A DNA stretch of 64,000 bases from NCBI GenBank assembly GCA_035480855.1, contig DATIHJ010000008.1, positions 17,308 through 81,307 on the forward strand. The letters run 5' to 3'. Numbering within the stretch: position 1 is the first letter of the stretch; each line of letters opens with the position of its first letter. Positions 28,991 through 38,387 of the stretch are shown piece after piece. The translations under genes were made by a program, and so were the position numbers. Below the pieces are notes generated by a model. It saw only the letters and a program-made list of their open reading frames with translations, searched no databases and was not told where the DNA came from. The stretch comes from Patescibacteria group bacterium. Lineage in GTDB: Bacteria; Patescibacteriota; Saccharimonadia; Saccharimonadales; JANWIN01.

Positions 28991-29644
28991 TCACTTTAAT
29001 TCAGCCAGAACTTGGCGCAGGTCTTTAATAATGTGATCAGCATTATAGGTATTTTCGTGTTCTCTGTGAGGGTGTTTGTAGTAATAGGTTGTTGCACCTA
29101 CTTCTTTCCCCAATTTTAAATCGTCCCCTGAATCGCCAATTACTATAATTTGGTCAAAACCTAAATGTGTTTTTAGATAAGCTTTTAGAGCTTCTGATTT
29201 AGTATTATGTTGTTGATGAGCATTTACGCCAACAATATGTGCATCATTGAAAAAACGTTTGATACCCACTGCACTTAAAAACCAAAGTAAATCATTCTGT
29301 CTTGTGTTAGATATTACTATTTGCTGATTGCCACTCTCAGTTATAGACTTTAAAACGTCTATTGCATGGTCATTAGGCTTAATATGTTTTGCCAGAATTT
29401 CTAAGTGCTCTTCGGCGTACTTAAAACAATCTGCTTGGAGCTTTAGGCATTCTTCCTTTGAAAGTTTCGGCATGAGTCGCTGAAAATACTCATACCACTT
29501 CAAACCATAAAAACGTTCATTATCTTCCTGCGTAAACCTCACATCATAGCCCGCATTGGATAATACGGCATTGGATATATCTATAACGGCTTTTTCGTTG
29601 TCTTTTTCTAAGACACCGTGAAAATCCCAAATAAACAGTTTCAT
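28991..29644 (-). CDS. HAD-superfamily hydrolase-like protein (array cassette)
   Basis: Motif I variant IWDFHGVL (DxH instead of DxD), ISNT, conserved Lys, motif IV GDSGDD. Start taken at MKLFIWDF (29644); the track's longer ORF begins at a TTG that lies inside the upstream repeat hairpin. Confidence 0.5.
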   Translation of the reverse strand: MKLFIWDFHGVLEKDNEKAVIDISNAVLSNAGYDVRFTQEDNERFYGLKWYEYFQRLMPKLSKEECLKLQADCFKYAEEHLEILAKHIKPNDHAIDVLKSITESGNQQIVISNTRQNDLLWFLSAVGIKRFFNDAHIVGVNAHQQHNTKSEALKAYLKTHLGFDQIIVIGDSGDDLKLGKEVGATTYYYKHPHREHENTYNADHIIKDLRQVLAELK

Positions 29645-29653
29645 GTACACATC

Positions 29654-29678
29654 ATAACAAAAGAGCCTTACGGCTCTT
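29654..29678 (-). terminator. hairpin plus T-run directly upstream of the HAD cassette start
   Basis: Minus strand reads AAGAGCC-GTAA-GGCTCTT followed by TTGTTAT; same module as at 27771-27798. Confidence 0.4.
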
Positions 29679-29708
29679 GGTTGCAACTAGTACAACTTGG
29701 GATGGATG

Positions 29709-29741
29709 TGGAGGGCCTTAGTGGAAAGTATTGTAACTAAA
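29709..29741 (-). repeat. 33-bp tRNA-Lys 3'-end-like repeat, copy E4
   Basis: TGGAGGGCCTTAGTGGAAAGTATTGTAACTAAA (consensus); with E1 it shares about 50 further conserved bp (GGCTCTTGGTTGCAAyTrGTACAACTwGGGATrGAT). Confidence 0.85.
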
Positions 29742-29779
29742 CTTATAAGCTCAACACATATCTCAAATTTATAATAAAC

Positions 29780-30232
29780 CTACGTTTCTACTCGAACAGG
29801 TGTCATAGCGACAGCATACTCTTGTCCGAGTATTTTCACTGCCAATCCGTGTACCGCTGTGTGTAGCTCATTCCAGGTTTGAGCTCGTAACTTATCAAAA
29901 TTTGGTGTAAATGAGTGAACGTCAACGATTGGGTCTATTAAATCGGCATCAAACGTCCAGCTAACGTCATCAACGCCTCCGGTCGCCCAAGCTGATTGAC
30001 GTCTAACCTCGTATGCACCAGCGTCATGATAGAGGGCAGTTGTAATCCAGTGACTTTTACCGGGAGTACGAGTTTTAATTTCATTGTTTACTGTGCAACC
30101 ACCCGTGAAGTCAATTACAACTCGCCCAACTGCCTGCAAGACTTGTTGGCGAAACGGCTCTCTATTTGCTTGACGCAATGCTTCTTCTCGATGATATTTT
30201 GCGATTCTTTCACTCGGTCGCAGGTCTGCCAT
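29780..30232 (-). CDS. hypothetical protein (first cassette next to tRNA-Lys)
   Basis: 150 aa, no motif recognised. Confidence 0.4.
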   Translation of the reverse strand: MADLRPSERIAKYHREEALRQANREPFRQQVLQAVGRVVIDFTGGCTVNNEIKTRTPGKSHWITTALYHDAGAYEVRRQSAWATGGVDDVSWTFDADLIDPIVDVHSFTPNFDKLRAQTWNELHTAVHGLAVKILGQEYAVAMTPVRVET

Positions 30233-30354
30233 AGTACCCTCCTATTTGAGTAAATTATCTACTTACAAATAATCTATAGCAAGCATAACTGCAATAAAAT
30301 CTAATCGATTGTTAGTTACAGTAGTTTTCAATTAGGTTGACATCAGAGGTCACT

Positions 30355-30431
30355 TGGAGGGCCCAGTGGGACTCGAACCCACGACACGCGGCTTAAAAGG
30401 CCGCTGCTCTAACCAGCTGAGCTATGGGCCC
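30355..30431 (-). tRNA. tRNA-Lys (anticodon UUU), CCA encoded
   Basis: Hand-folded cloverleaf: acceptor GGGCCCA/TGGGCCC, D-arm GCTC-AGCTGGTTAG-AGC, anticodon stem GCGGC/GCCGC with loop CTTTTAA, T-arm GTGGG-TTCGAGT-CCCAC, then TCCA. Confidence 0.85.
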
Positions 30432-30557
30432 GCACTTGAATCTATTAGCTCAATAGAACAGGGGTGATTATCTCTGATTACACCTTAAAAGTCAATCGAA
30501 GCTGTTAACCCAATTATTGCTACACTTTGGCTAAGAACAAATACTAAGCTAAATAAA

Positions 30558-31832
30558 TTACTGCCAGACCCTAATGTAGTCAATCAGCATGTTAGATGGA
30601 ACAGTAATAGGTGGAGAGATAGCAGCCGAAAGCGCATATTGACCAACTAGGAATTGCGGTGAAGCTGGAACAGCACTACCAGTTACTTGGCCTACTTGTA
30701 CGCCATCATAGTAAAAGGTTACAGCCGTAGGCTGCCAGTTTGCCCCAAAAGTATGCCAGCCACTAATACTTGTACTCGCACAGCCACCAGCCTGTTGAGG
30801 GGCTGCCGTTGTGCCAAAATGTGTATGGTAGCAATATTGGCCACCAAGCGACTCCATGACATCAATCTCGCCTGTAGTTGGCCATGTACCACTGCCAACG
30901 GTCCAAAATGAATTCCAGTTCTGCGGCGTGGTACTACCTGGTGGTGGCGTCCAAATACGGGCTTCCATATATCCATAGGTAAAGGTGTAATGGTTAGCAC
31001 TCTCGACTAAACCAGAGGCGTAGTCATATGTATGAGCATAATCGGGTGGCGTACAACTCCTAGCAACGGCCTGTAGGCTTAGGTAGCCTGTACCTTTTTC
31101 GGTAACTTGAGCTGGATCATAACATGAGGCTTCATGGGCATCGTTTACGGCTTTACTAATTTGAGTATCAGTACAGCCCGACCAATGACACCAGTTAGGA
31201 CGCCATTTAGACAAATCTAGGCTTGTGCCATTAAATTCATCACTAAACTTCATATTCCAATTTCCCATTACGCCTAGAGGTTGTGGTGAAGTTGGTGCTG
31301 GAGATAGAAACTTAATAACGTCTGCAGTAATTGATGTGTAACAGTTACCATGGCGGGTATTTGTAAAGCTAAGCGAAAAATTATGAATTCCTGTCACCAG
31401 CGATTTTCCAATTGGTCCGTATGTTGTCCATGTATTGGCATTTACGTTGGTAGATAACACACTTGTACCATCAACAAGCAGATTGACCTTTGGCCATAAT
31501 CCACTGCAGGACGAAGCTTTTGCCTGTAAGGTTAGATTGTCTGAAGTCTTCGCAATATTAACAGTACCCCTTGCAGCTCCAGAGAGGGATGTAAATTTAA
31601 CAGCTTGGCCGCCGCTGGCACTTGCGTCTGTAACTATGCCCGAACCCGCTGGCAACACCATTTGTTCCACCTCAGAAGTAGCTACGACAACTTCGGGGCT
31701 AGCTGCAAGAATTGGCCATAATAAGATGCTGCCAGCAACACCAAAGACAACACCCAAAGCGAAGGCCCTATAAATAGAGAAACTGTTCCCCTTTTTTGCT
31801 AGACTAATTTTTGAGCTTTTCTTTGTTTTCAT
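30558..31832 (-). CDS. secreted GH16-family beta-glucanase-like protein with N-terminal non-catalytic domain
   Basis: Signal/anchor sequence; GH16 catalytic ExDxxE motif in GEIDVMESLG; C-terminal beta-jelly-roll-like region. Confidence 0.6.
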   Translation of the reverse strand: MKTKKSSKISLAKKGNSFSIYRAFALGVVFGVAGSILLWPILAASPEVVVATSEVEQMVLPAGSGIVTDASASGGQAVKFTSLSGAARGTVNIAKTSDNLTLQAKASSCSGLWPKVNLLVDGTSVLSTNVNANTWTTYGPIGKSLVTGIHNFSLSFTNTRHGNCYTSITADVIKFLSPAPTSPQPLGVMGNWNMKFSDEFNGTSLDLSKWRPNWCHWSGCTDTQISKAVNDAHEASCYDPAQVTEKGTGYLSLQAVARSCTPPDYAHTYDYASGLVESANHYTFTYGYMEARIWTPPPGSTTPQNWNSFWTVGSGTWPTTGEIDVMESLGGQYCYHTHFGTTAAPQQAGGCASTSISGWHTFGANWQPTAVTFYYDGVQVGQVTGSAVPASPQFLVGQYALSAAISPPITVPSNMLIDYIRVWQ

Positions 31833-31975
31833 AGAGCCTTTTTAGTAGTACTTATGTCTAACTATAGAAGTAAATTAACCAATGTCAATAAAGTGTACCG
31901 CTATAACGTCTTATTATTGGCGCATATATAATAAAAACAGTATAATTTATTTTGATTCTTAAGCTTAAGTAATAT

Positions 31976-33259
31976 ATGGGTTCAAATAGCAATAAAAAAC
32001 CTCGCAAAACTGTGGCTACTAAAAAAATTTCTAAAAAGAAAAATAGCTACTATAAACGTTTTTCAAAATTCTCTAGTTTCAAAAAAGCATTACTTTTTGC
32101 AGCTGCTTTTGCCTTAATAGCCACTGCATTGCTTATCATCACACACGCCGAAACCTCTCCGTACGACAATGTGCGCCAGTCACAGCTGGTAAATAACCCC
32201 CACTCGGGGCTTATATATAACGGACTAAGAGCAGTAAAAGCCAACGCTGATCATCCTTGCAAAGGTTTATTTGAAGTTGAAGGTGTCAGCGTTAACGGAA
32301 AGCCGGTATGTACCCATGGACCAGATCCAGCTCCAGATGGCATTGATGTTACAAAGGTCACTGTCAACGAGCGACTGACGCAGTTAGCTCAGGTCCCGCA
32401 AACTGTAACTACGCCGGAACAACTGGCATCTGAAAATGTTTCTAATCTAGCATTAGACAGAAACAGTGGTTTTTTTACTAATCAATTCCCTATATCGGCA
32501 CTCCCATGCACATCAGGGAAATATCGAATTCAGCTGGTATTAATTACTCATAACTCGGATAACTCGACTGTAATACCCCAATTCAGGGTCACAGCTCAAC
32601 GCTTGCAGAGCCAATTGATGTACAGTTCCACGCATTCGGGACCGGGTTCAACTCAGCGGTGGTTCCGATTTGTAACTGATAGTACATGCCACGCAGCGGT
32701 GTCCACAGTTATCGTCCCAACTAGTATTAGCCTAGCCACTGCTCAGGGTGTTATAACTTACCTTGGTAATCATGGCTACAGCGGCACCTATACTAAATAT
32801 TTAGTTTGGGATAGTGCGGGTGATGCCGATTTTTGCGCAGCAGCCAACACATACAATGATAGCCAACCAATCGCCCTGAAGAATCAAGCCAACCTTCAGA
32901 CTGGCTATGGTGTGATTGCCGCCCCTTGTTGGAGTTCAACTGCCGAATTACATGAGATGGGGCATTTCCTTGGCGCTGTTAGCGATAATGCTCCCCATAG
33001 TAGCGGAGGTACACATTGTCTTGATGAGCATGACGAGATGTGCTACAACGACGGTGGTTACTGTCTAATTAGTGCTATAAGCGTTCCGTGCGGCGTGAAT
33101 GGTAAGGCTGTTTATGTGGCAGCCAATTGTACTGACTTAAGTTTGCAGTGGCTACTTGATTGTAATAAGAACGACTATTTTAATACCAGTACCAGTATCA
33201 GCACGACGAACTATCTATATAATCATTGGAACATTGCCCATAGTCCATATTTGGAGTAA
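31976..33259 (+). CDS. secreted putative zinc metalloprotease (HExxH)
   Basis: Very basic N-terminus then a transmembrane/signal segment; HEMGH zinc-binding motif; Cys-rich C-terminus. Confidence 0.45.
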   Translation: MGSNSNKKPRKTVATKKISKKKNSYYKRFSKFSSFKKALLFAAAFALIATALLIITHAETSPYDNVRQSQLVNNPHSGLIYNGLRAVKANADHPCKGLFEVEGVSVNGKPVCTHGPDPAPDGIDVTKVTVNERLTQLAQVPQTVTTPEQLASENVSNLALDRNSGFFTNQFPISALPCTSGKYRIQLVLITHNSDNSTVIPQFRVTAQRLQSQLMYSSTHSGPGSTQRWFRFVTDSTCHAAVSTVIVPTSISLATAQGVITYLGNHGYSGTYTKYLVWDSAGDADFCAAANTYNDSQPIALKNQANLQTGYGVIAAPCWSSTAELHEMGHFLGAVSDNAPHSSGGTHCLDEHDEMCYNDGGYCLISAISVPCGVNGKAVYVAANCTDLSLQWLLDCNKNDYFNTSTSISTTNYLYNHWNIAHSPYLE

Positions 33260-33387
33260 GTAATTTTACGTACTCAGCTTAAGCATTTATTGAAGGTATG
33301 GCGCAAGCACTGTGGTCCAAAACAAAGACCAACAGTGCTATTATTAAGAAGTTAAACACAGTGTAATATCATACTGGAGGACGGATA

Positions 33388-34119
33388 ATGTCAGGTCACA
33401 GTAAGTGGAGCACAATTAAACGCCAAAAGGGAGCAAAAGATGCAGCCCGCGGTGCTGTATTTACAAAACTTGGCAATAATATTGCTGTAGCTGCTAGGGC
33501 AGGTGCCGATCCAGAAACCAACTTTACGCTTCGCCTAGCCATAGATAAAGCCAAGGCTGCCAACATGCCAAGTGCTAACATTCAGCGTTCCGTTGACCGT
33601 GGCAGCGGCAAACTGGGTGGCGCACAAATCCAAGAGGTAATGTATGAAGGTTATGGTCCCGGCGGCGTGGCTATTTTAGTAGAAGCTGCTACAGACAACA
33701 TTAACCGTACTTTACCAGAAGTCCGCTTAGCGTTTAGTAAACACGGCGGCAATATGGCAGAGAAGGGTGCAGTGGCTTTCCAATTTGAACATAAAGGGAT
33801 GATCCGCATAAAAGGCAATGGAGACGATGTAATGTTAACGGCCTTGGATGCTGGCGCCCAAGACGTAGAAGAAGATGGCGAGGAATCAATTGTATATACC
33901 GAATCCAAGGAACTAGCCAAAGTCCGCCAAGGCTTGCAAGAAGGGGGTATGGAAGTACTTGAGGCAGAGCTCACTTATGTGCCAACTAATACCGTAGAGG
34001 TTACAGACAAAGAAGCTGCAGGAAAGATAATGCGACTAATGGATGCCTTAGATGATGTAGACGACGTCACCTCCACCCATGTAAATTTCGATATAGCTGA
34101 TGATCTGTTGGACGGTTAA
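33388..34119 (+). CDS. yebC: YebC/PmpR-family transcriptional regulator
   Basis: MSGHSKWSTIKRQKG N-terminus is diagnostic of YebC; 243 aa. Confidence 0.85.
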   Translation: MSGHSKWSTIKRQKGAKDAARGAVFTKLGNNIAVAARAGADPETNFTLRLAIDKAKAANMPSANIQRSVDRGSGKLGGAQIQEVMYEGYGPGGVAILVEAATDNINRTLPEVRLAFSKHGGNMAEKGAVAFQFEHKGMIRIKGNGDDVMLTALDAGAQDVEEDGEESIVYTESKELAKVRQGLQEGGMEVLEAELTYVPTNTVEVTDKEAAGKIMRLMDALDDVDDVTSTHVNFDIADDLLDG

Positions 34120-34592
34120 TGCGTGTTTTAGGCATTGATCCGGGAACTGGAATACTAGGGTTTGGCGTCATTGAAGTGGATAAACGCGGTAAAGCCCAGC
34201 TGGTAGATGGCGGAGTTATTCGTACGCCAGTTAAAGAAGACGATACTGTGCGGCTGCAAACCATCTTTGATGAACTCACAGACATTATTATGAACACTAA
34301 GCCAGCGGCTATGTCTGTAGAAAAGCTTTTCTTTGCCCAAAATGTGACTACAGCCATGACAGTGGCACAGGCCCGAGGCGTGGTGCTGCTTTGTGGCAAG
34401 CAAGCTGGCCTTGAAATATTTGAATACACCCCACTGCAGATAAAGCAAGCTCTAACGGGCTATGGCCGAGCAGACAAGCAACAGATTCAGGAAATGGTGC
34501 GGGTAATACTCGGACTCAAGGACATCCCAAAACCAGACGACTGCGCCGATGCACTTGCTGCTGCTATCTGTCACAGTATGACTATGAGATAA
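34119..34592 (+). CDS. ruvC: Holliday junction resolvase RuvC
   Basis: VLGIDPGTGILGFGV N-terminus, RNase H-like fold, correct length. Confidence 0.85.
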   Translation: MRVLGIDPGTGILGFGVIEVDKRGKAQLVDGGVIRTPVKEDDTVRLQTIFDELTDIIMNTKPAAMSVEKLFFAQNVTTAMTVAQARGVVLLCGKQAGLEIFEYTPLQIKQALTGYGRADKQQIQEMVRVILGLKDIPKPDDCADALAAAICHSMTMR

Positions 34593-34599
34593 TAGTGAC

Positions 34600-35181
34600 G
34601 TGATAGTGACATTATCTGGAGAAATTAGCGAAAAGCTGCAAGAGCTGGTTGTTTTAGAAGCCGGCGGCATAGGCTACGGCTTATTTGTAACGGTTGAGGA
34701 CTATGGTCAGCTAAAGCAAGGCGACACTGCCAAACTCTATGTATATGAGCATATCCGCGAAAGCGCGTATGACCTGTATGGATTTGTTAGTCCAGATACC
34801 AAGGCCTTATTCGAGCAACTTTTAAGTGTAAATGGTGTAGGCCCTAGAATGGCGCTTAATATGTTAAGTATTGGTTCGTCCAGCGAAGTGAAACACGCAA
34901 TTGCTGGTGGTGACACCAAGTTTATACAGGCAGCCAATGGTGTTGGTAAGCGCGTGGCTGAGCGGGTTGTTGTAGATCTAAAAGATAAAGTGGGCTTACT
35001 TAGTAGTGCATCTACCGATTCTCTGTTTGTTAGCAATGCCGCTGCCCAGCAGGACGAAGCCGTACAAGCGCTTGTTAGTCTGGGCTATACCCCTGCCGAT
35101 GCACTGGCAGCACTGGATGGCATAAAACCAGATTTGCCTGCTGAGGATCGTATCAAGCAAGCACTAAAGGGTAGGGCGTAA
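34600..35181 (+). CDS. ruvA: Holliday junction branch-migration protein RuvA
   Basis: OB-fold N-terminus, helix-hairpin-helix region ([13 protein letters not shown]) and C-terminal domain; GTG start. Confidence 0.8.
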   Translation: MIVTLSGEISEKLQELVVLEAGGIGYGLFVTVEDYGQLKQGDTAKLYVYEHIRESAYDLYGFVSPDTKALFEQLLSVNGVGPRMALNMLSIGSSSEVKHAIAGGDTKFIQAANGVGKRVAERVVVDLKDKVGLLSSASTDSLFVSNAAAQQDEAVQALVSLGYTPADALAALDGIKPDLPAEDRIKQALKGRA

Positions 35182-36212
35182 TGGCAATTGAACGAATAAT
35201 AAACACCAGCTCAGCCGATGACCCACAGGAAGAAGAGCTAGAAGTAACCCTACGCCCCAGGGATTTCAAAAATTATATAGGCCAGCAACGGCTCAAACAA
35301 AATTTACAGCTGGCTATTGCCGCCGCCCTAAAGAGGGGTGAGCCGCTGGACCACGTGCTGCTTCACGGACCACCAGGACTAGGCAAAACCACTATGGCTA
35401 GTGTTATTGCTAACGAAATGGGAGCACAAATACGTATCACAAGTGGGCCTGCTATTGAGCGAGCAGGTGATTTAGCCAGTTTACTTACAAATCTTCAAGA
35501 TGGAGACATACTTTTTATTGACGAGATCCATCGGCTGCACCGTAGCGTAGAAGAAGTACTCTACAGCGCCATGGAGGACTTTAAATTAGACATAATGCTT
35601 GGTAAAGGACCTAGTGCCCGTAGCCTACGCCTGGATTTACCAAAGTTTACAATCATTGGCGCTACCACACGTACCGGTGCGCTGGCAGCACCTCTGCGTG
35701 ATAGGTTTGGCATGATTCACCGTCTGGAGTTCTATCAACCAGATGAAATCACTCAGATTATTTTAAGAGCTGCCAAAATCCTAGGGATTAAAATTGATAA
35801 AAAGGCAGCAGACGAGCTTGCCCAACGGGCCCGACTAACTCCCCGGATTGCCAACCGGCTTTTGAGACGAGTTAGGGATTTTGCTGATGTAAATGGCGAC
35901 GGCATAATCGATGCAGTAATTAGTCGTGATGCCCTAATACTACTTGAAATTGATGACCTGGGCCTTGACCCAGCTGACAGGATGCTGCTAGGAGCTATTA
36001 TTGACAACTACCAAGGTGGTCCTGTGGGCGTAGAAACACTGGCGGCTTTAACTGCTGAAGAGCGTACTACCATTGAAGATTTTTATGAACCATACCTGAT
36101 GCAAATTGGCTTACTAGAACGAACGCCGCGTGGCCGCAAAGCCACACACAAAGCATACAAACATTTAGGCAAGCCTAAACCAAGTAACTCTGGCCAACCA
36201 AAGTTGCTATAA
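35181..36212 (+). CDS. ruvB: Holliday junction helicase RuvB
   Basis: AAA+ Walker [16 protein letters not shown] sensor, C-terminal winged helix. Confidence 0.9.
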   Translation: MAIERIINTSSADDPQEEELEVTLRPRDFKNYIGQQRLKQNLQLAIAAALKRGEPLDHVLLHGPPGLGKTTMASVIANEMGAQIRITSGPAIERAGDLASLLTNLQDGDILFIDEIHRLHRSVEEVLYSAMEDFKLDIMLGKGPSARSLRLDLPKFTIIGATTRTGALAAPLRDRFGMIHRLEFYQPDEITQIILRAAKILGIKIDKKAADELAQRARLTPRIANRLLRRVRDFADVNGDGIIDAVISRDALILLEIDDLGLDPADRMLLGAIIDNYQGGPVGVETLAALTAEERTTIEDFYEPYLMQIGLLERTPRGRKATHKAYKHLGKPKPSNSGQPKLL

Positions 36213-36838
36213 TGGTTGCCATGGCACAAACAGAGACAATGTCAGCCCACCGGCTGCAGGCCTGTGAGGGTATGAGCGCTATGGGCAAAAAGCTTTTTCG
36301 TTACGTCGAATTTGACGATACCGAGGAGTTAATTGCTGAAATACGCAAGCATCCAATTGGTGCGTTTGCGCGGGGCATAACCGGAGCATTTATTAGTCTA
36401 ATTATAGTTTTAGCTACCAGTGCATTGGCTCTAAACCTGGACAATTTTAATATAGATTTTGGAGATAATAGCCATATTATCAAGCTAATACTTATTGCTG
36501 TTGGTCTTGTACTGGGACTATTGGCTTTGGCTGCAACAGCTCTGACGGTAGTTATTTACAGAAGCAGCGTTATTTTTATCACCGATCAGAAAATCGCCGA
36601 GGTAATGTATGTGAGCATCTTTAACCGAAAGGTGACACAGCTTGGCGTGGGCAGCGTTGAGGATGTTACAGTGCAGCAACGAGGATTGTTCCCACGGTTA
36701 TTTAATTATGGCACTATTGTGGTAGAAACAGCCGGAGAAGTAGAAAATTGCAATTTTACTATGTTGCCTAACCCTAATTTCTACTCACAGAAAATTATCC
36801 AAGACCACGAACTTTATGTCCAAAAATATGGAAATTAG
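36212..36838 (+). CDS. membrane protein, possibly bacterial PH-domain (YdbS/YdbT-like)
   Basis: 208 aa; two transmembrane helices flanked by soluble segments; weak similarity only. Confidence 0.35.
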   Translation: MVAMAQTETMSAHRLQACEGMSAMGKKLFRYVEFDDTEELIAEIRKHPIGAFARGITGAFISLIIVLATSALALNLDNFNIDFGDNSHIIKLILIAVGLVLGLLALAATALTVVIYRSSVIFITDQKIAEVMYVSIFNRKVTQLGVGSVEDVTVQQRGLFPRLFNYGTIVVETAGEVENCNFTMLPNPNFYSQKIIQDHELYVQKYGN

Positions 36839-36868
36839 ATTTACTCAGTCAAGACTTAACACCTGAAA

Positions 36869-37177
36869 CTACTCTTGGAATGGGTTGTTGCGGGCTTGGT
36901 TGAATAGAGATTGTACGTCGACACTATTATCTTGAAGCTGTTTGATTTTATCAACAACTGATTGATCAATTTTAGGCGATTGGCTAGTTTTAAGTTTGGC
37001 AGTTATATCGTCTTGGCTGGGTGTTTGGTTATTTAGCACGTTTATTCGATAGACTAATATGCTGTAAATGCTAAATAAGATCACAATAAATATAAGTACT
37101 CTATAGCGCCGAAGTAATTGCCAAAGCTCTGGTAATTTTGCCTTTATTGTCTTAAGATCTAATTTTTGCTTTTTCAT
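36869..37177 (-). CDS. small single-pass membrane protein, last gene of the pilus operon
   Basis: 102 aa, N-terminal transmembrane helix; overlaps the pilO end by 4 nt. Confidence 0.35.
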   Translation of the reverse strand: MKKQKLDLKTIKAKLPELWQLLRRYRVLIFIVILFSIYSILVYRINVLNNQTPSQDDITAKLKTSQSPKIDQSVVDKIKQLQDNSVDVQSLFNQARNNPFQE

Positions 37178-37782
37178 GGCTTTATATACGCATCCAAAAC
37201 TAGTGTGAACGTTAGTGTATTAGGATTTTGAGGGTTTGGGATAATGGTAACATTAGCTACCTGAGCGGTACGGCGGTTTTGTTCTAAATTATTTAAAAAG
37301 TTAATAAGCTGAGTATATGATATTGGGTTTGATGCGTCCTGCTGTATGGTAATTTGCATGTCTAAGACACCAGGGATGCCCTTGACCGGCAGTACTTGTG
37401 TGAGTTTATTAGATGGTGTGGTTGTTGGCAAACCACTGCTACTGGAACCAAGTGTCGATGCTGGAAATGTTATAGCCGATAGTTTTATAGAGTTGTTATT
37501 GGCAAAATTAACAATTTCTCTGACAGCTTCAGCCTGATCTTTGTCCTGCGGCACAATAATTTTGGCTTCTTTTTCTAGTTCTGAATACTTAGCTACATCT
37601 TTTTTAGCTTTAGCTAGTGAAACCTGTTGTTGGTCAAGTACAGCGTTATTAAGCTTAAGATCAACCAATTTCTGTGATCGTTGCTGGAGCATTTGGTCGC
37701 CTAGAATTGCTGTTACAAAAATACCAATACCAAGTAGTGAAGTAATTACAATCATGCCATAAAATACTCGTTTGCCATTCAT
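37174..37782 (-). CDS. pilO: type IV pilus assembly protein PilO-like
   Basis: N-terminal transmembrane helix, coiled coil, then periplasmic domain; position after pilM-pilN. Confidence 0.5.
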   Translation of the reverse strand: MNGKRVFYGMIVITSLLGIGIFVTAILGDQMLQQRSQKLVDLKLNNAVLDQQQVSLAKAKKDVAKYSELEKEAKIIVPQDKDQAEAVREIVNFANNNSIKLSAITFPASTLGSSSSGLPTTTPSNKLTQVLPVKGIPGVLDMQITIQQDASNPISYTQLINFLNNLEQNRRTAQVANVTIIPNPQNPNTLTFTLVLDAYIKP

Positions 37783-38387
37783 GGTTTGCTTACCTTAGAT
37801 TGAGAGTTATTTATAAACAAGAATGGATTACTTTTAGCAAACTGTGCTCGAATATTAATTGTGCAGGGATAACGGGGATTCGTTGCGCCAGAAGTTAAGC
37901 AGTTAACGTTTAATATGTCCGCCTTATTAAAAATTTTATTGGCAGGGTCCTGCAAATTCACCTGTACTTGTGTAGCCGTATTATAGTCGCTAGCAATGGC
38001 AGCTAAATCAATACCGCCTTGGGTTTGACTTATTTTTAGGTCAGTTAGCCTAGCGTTTGCTGGTATTGCTGTGCCGATTTGCTGAATCAGTTTAGAAAAC
38101 AGCACTTCACGCGATAACACTTGTACGACAAGTTTTAGGCTCCCAGAAATATCCTGAACTTGTTTTTGTGTTTCACTTAGCTGCTGAGAGGCAAGTTCGT
38201 CAGATGTTTTTACCTTTTGTTGGGTGTAATCTTGAATTGATTGGTTCATGTAGAATTGCCCAAATAACACAACTACCAATACTCCCAAAATTGAAAGAGA
38301 AAACGCAATTGACCATCTCAGTAGCTGTGTATTACGCCTACCATAAACTAAGTCTTGTTTGACATTTGGCGGGAGTAAATTGATCAT
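37779..38387 (-). CDS. pilN: type IV pilus assembly protein PilN-like
   Basis: Begins MINLLP (the INLLP motif that binds PilM), single transmembrane helix, coiled coil. Confidence 0.6.
   Translation of the reverse strand: MINLLPPNVKQDLVYGRRNTQLLRWSIAFSLSILGVLVVVLFGQFYMNQSIQDYTQQKVKTSDELASQQLSETQKQVQDISGSLKLVVQVLSREVLFSKLIQQIGTAIPANARLTDLKISQTQGGIDLAAIASDYNTATQVQVNLQDPANKIFNKADILNVNCLTSGATNPRYPCTINIRAQFAKSNPFLFINNSQSKVSKP

Noticed and set aside
27219-29741. Regularly spaced repeats considered as a CRISPR array
   Set aside because: The repeats are 33 bp but are separated by 495-778 bp of protein-coding sequence, not 25-50 bp spacers. There are no cas genes, and the repeat is not palindromic in the CRISPR manner.
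30233-30354. Search for an integrase or attP-like structure between the first cassette and tRNA-Lys
   Set aside because: Only 122 bp of AT-rich non-coding sequence separate them. No ORF is present, and there is no further copy of the 33-bp core.
26774-30431. Calling the cassette array a classical integron
   Set aside because: No intI-type tyrosine recombinase, attI or Pc promoter is present within the window, and the repeats mimic a tRNA 3' end rather than forming attC-like imperfect palindromes. It is reported as integron-like or island accretion only.
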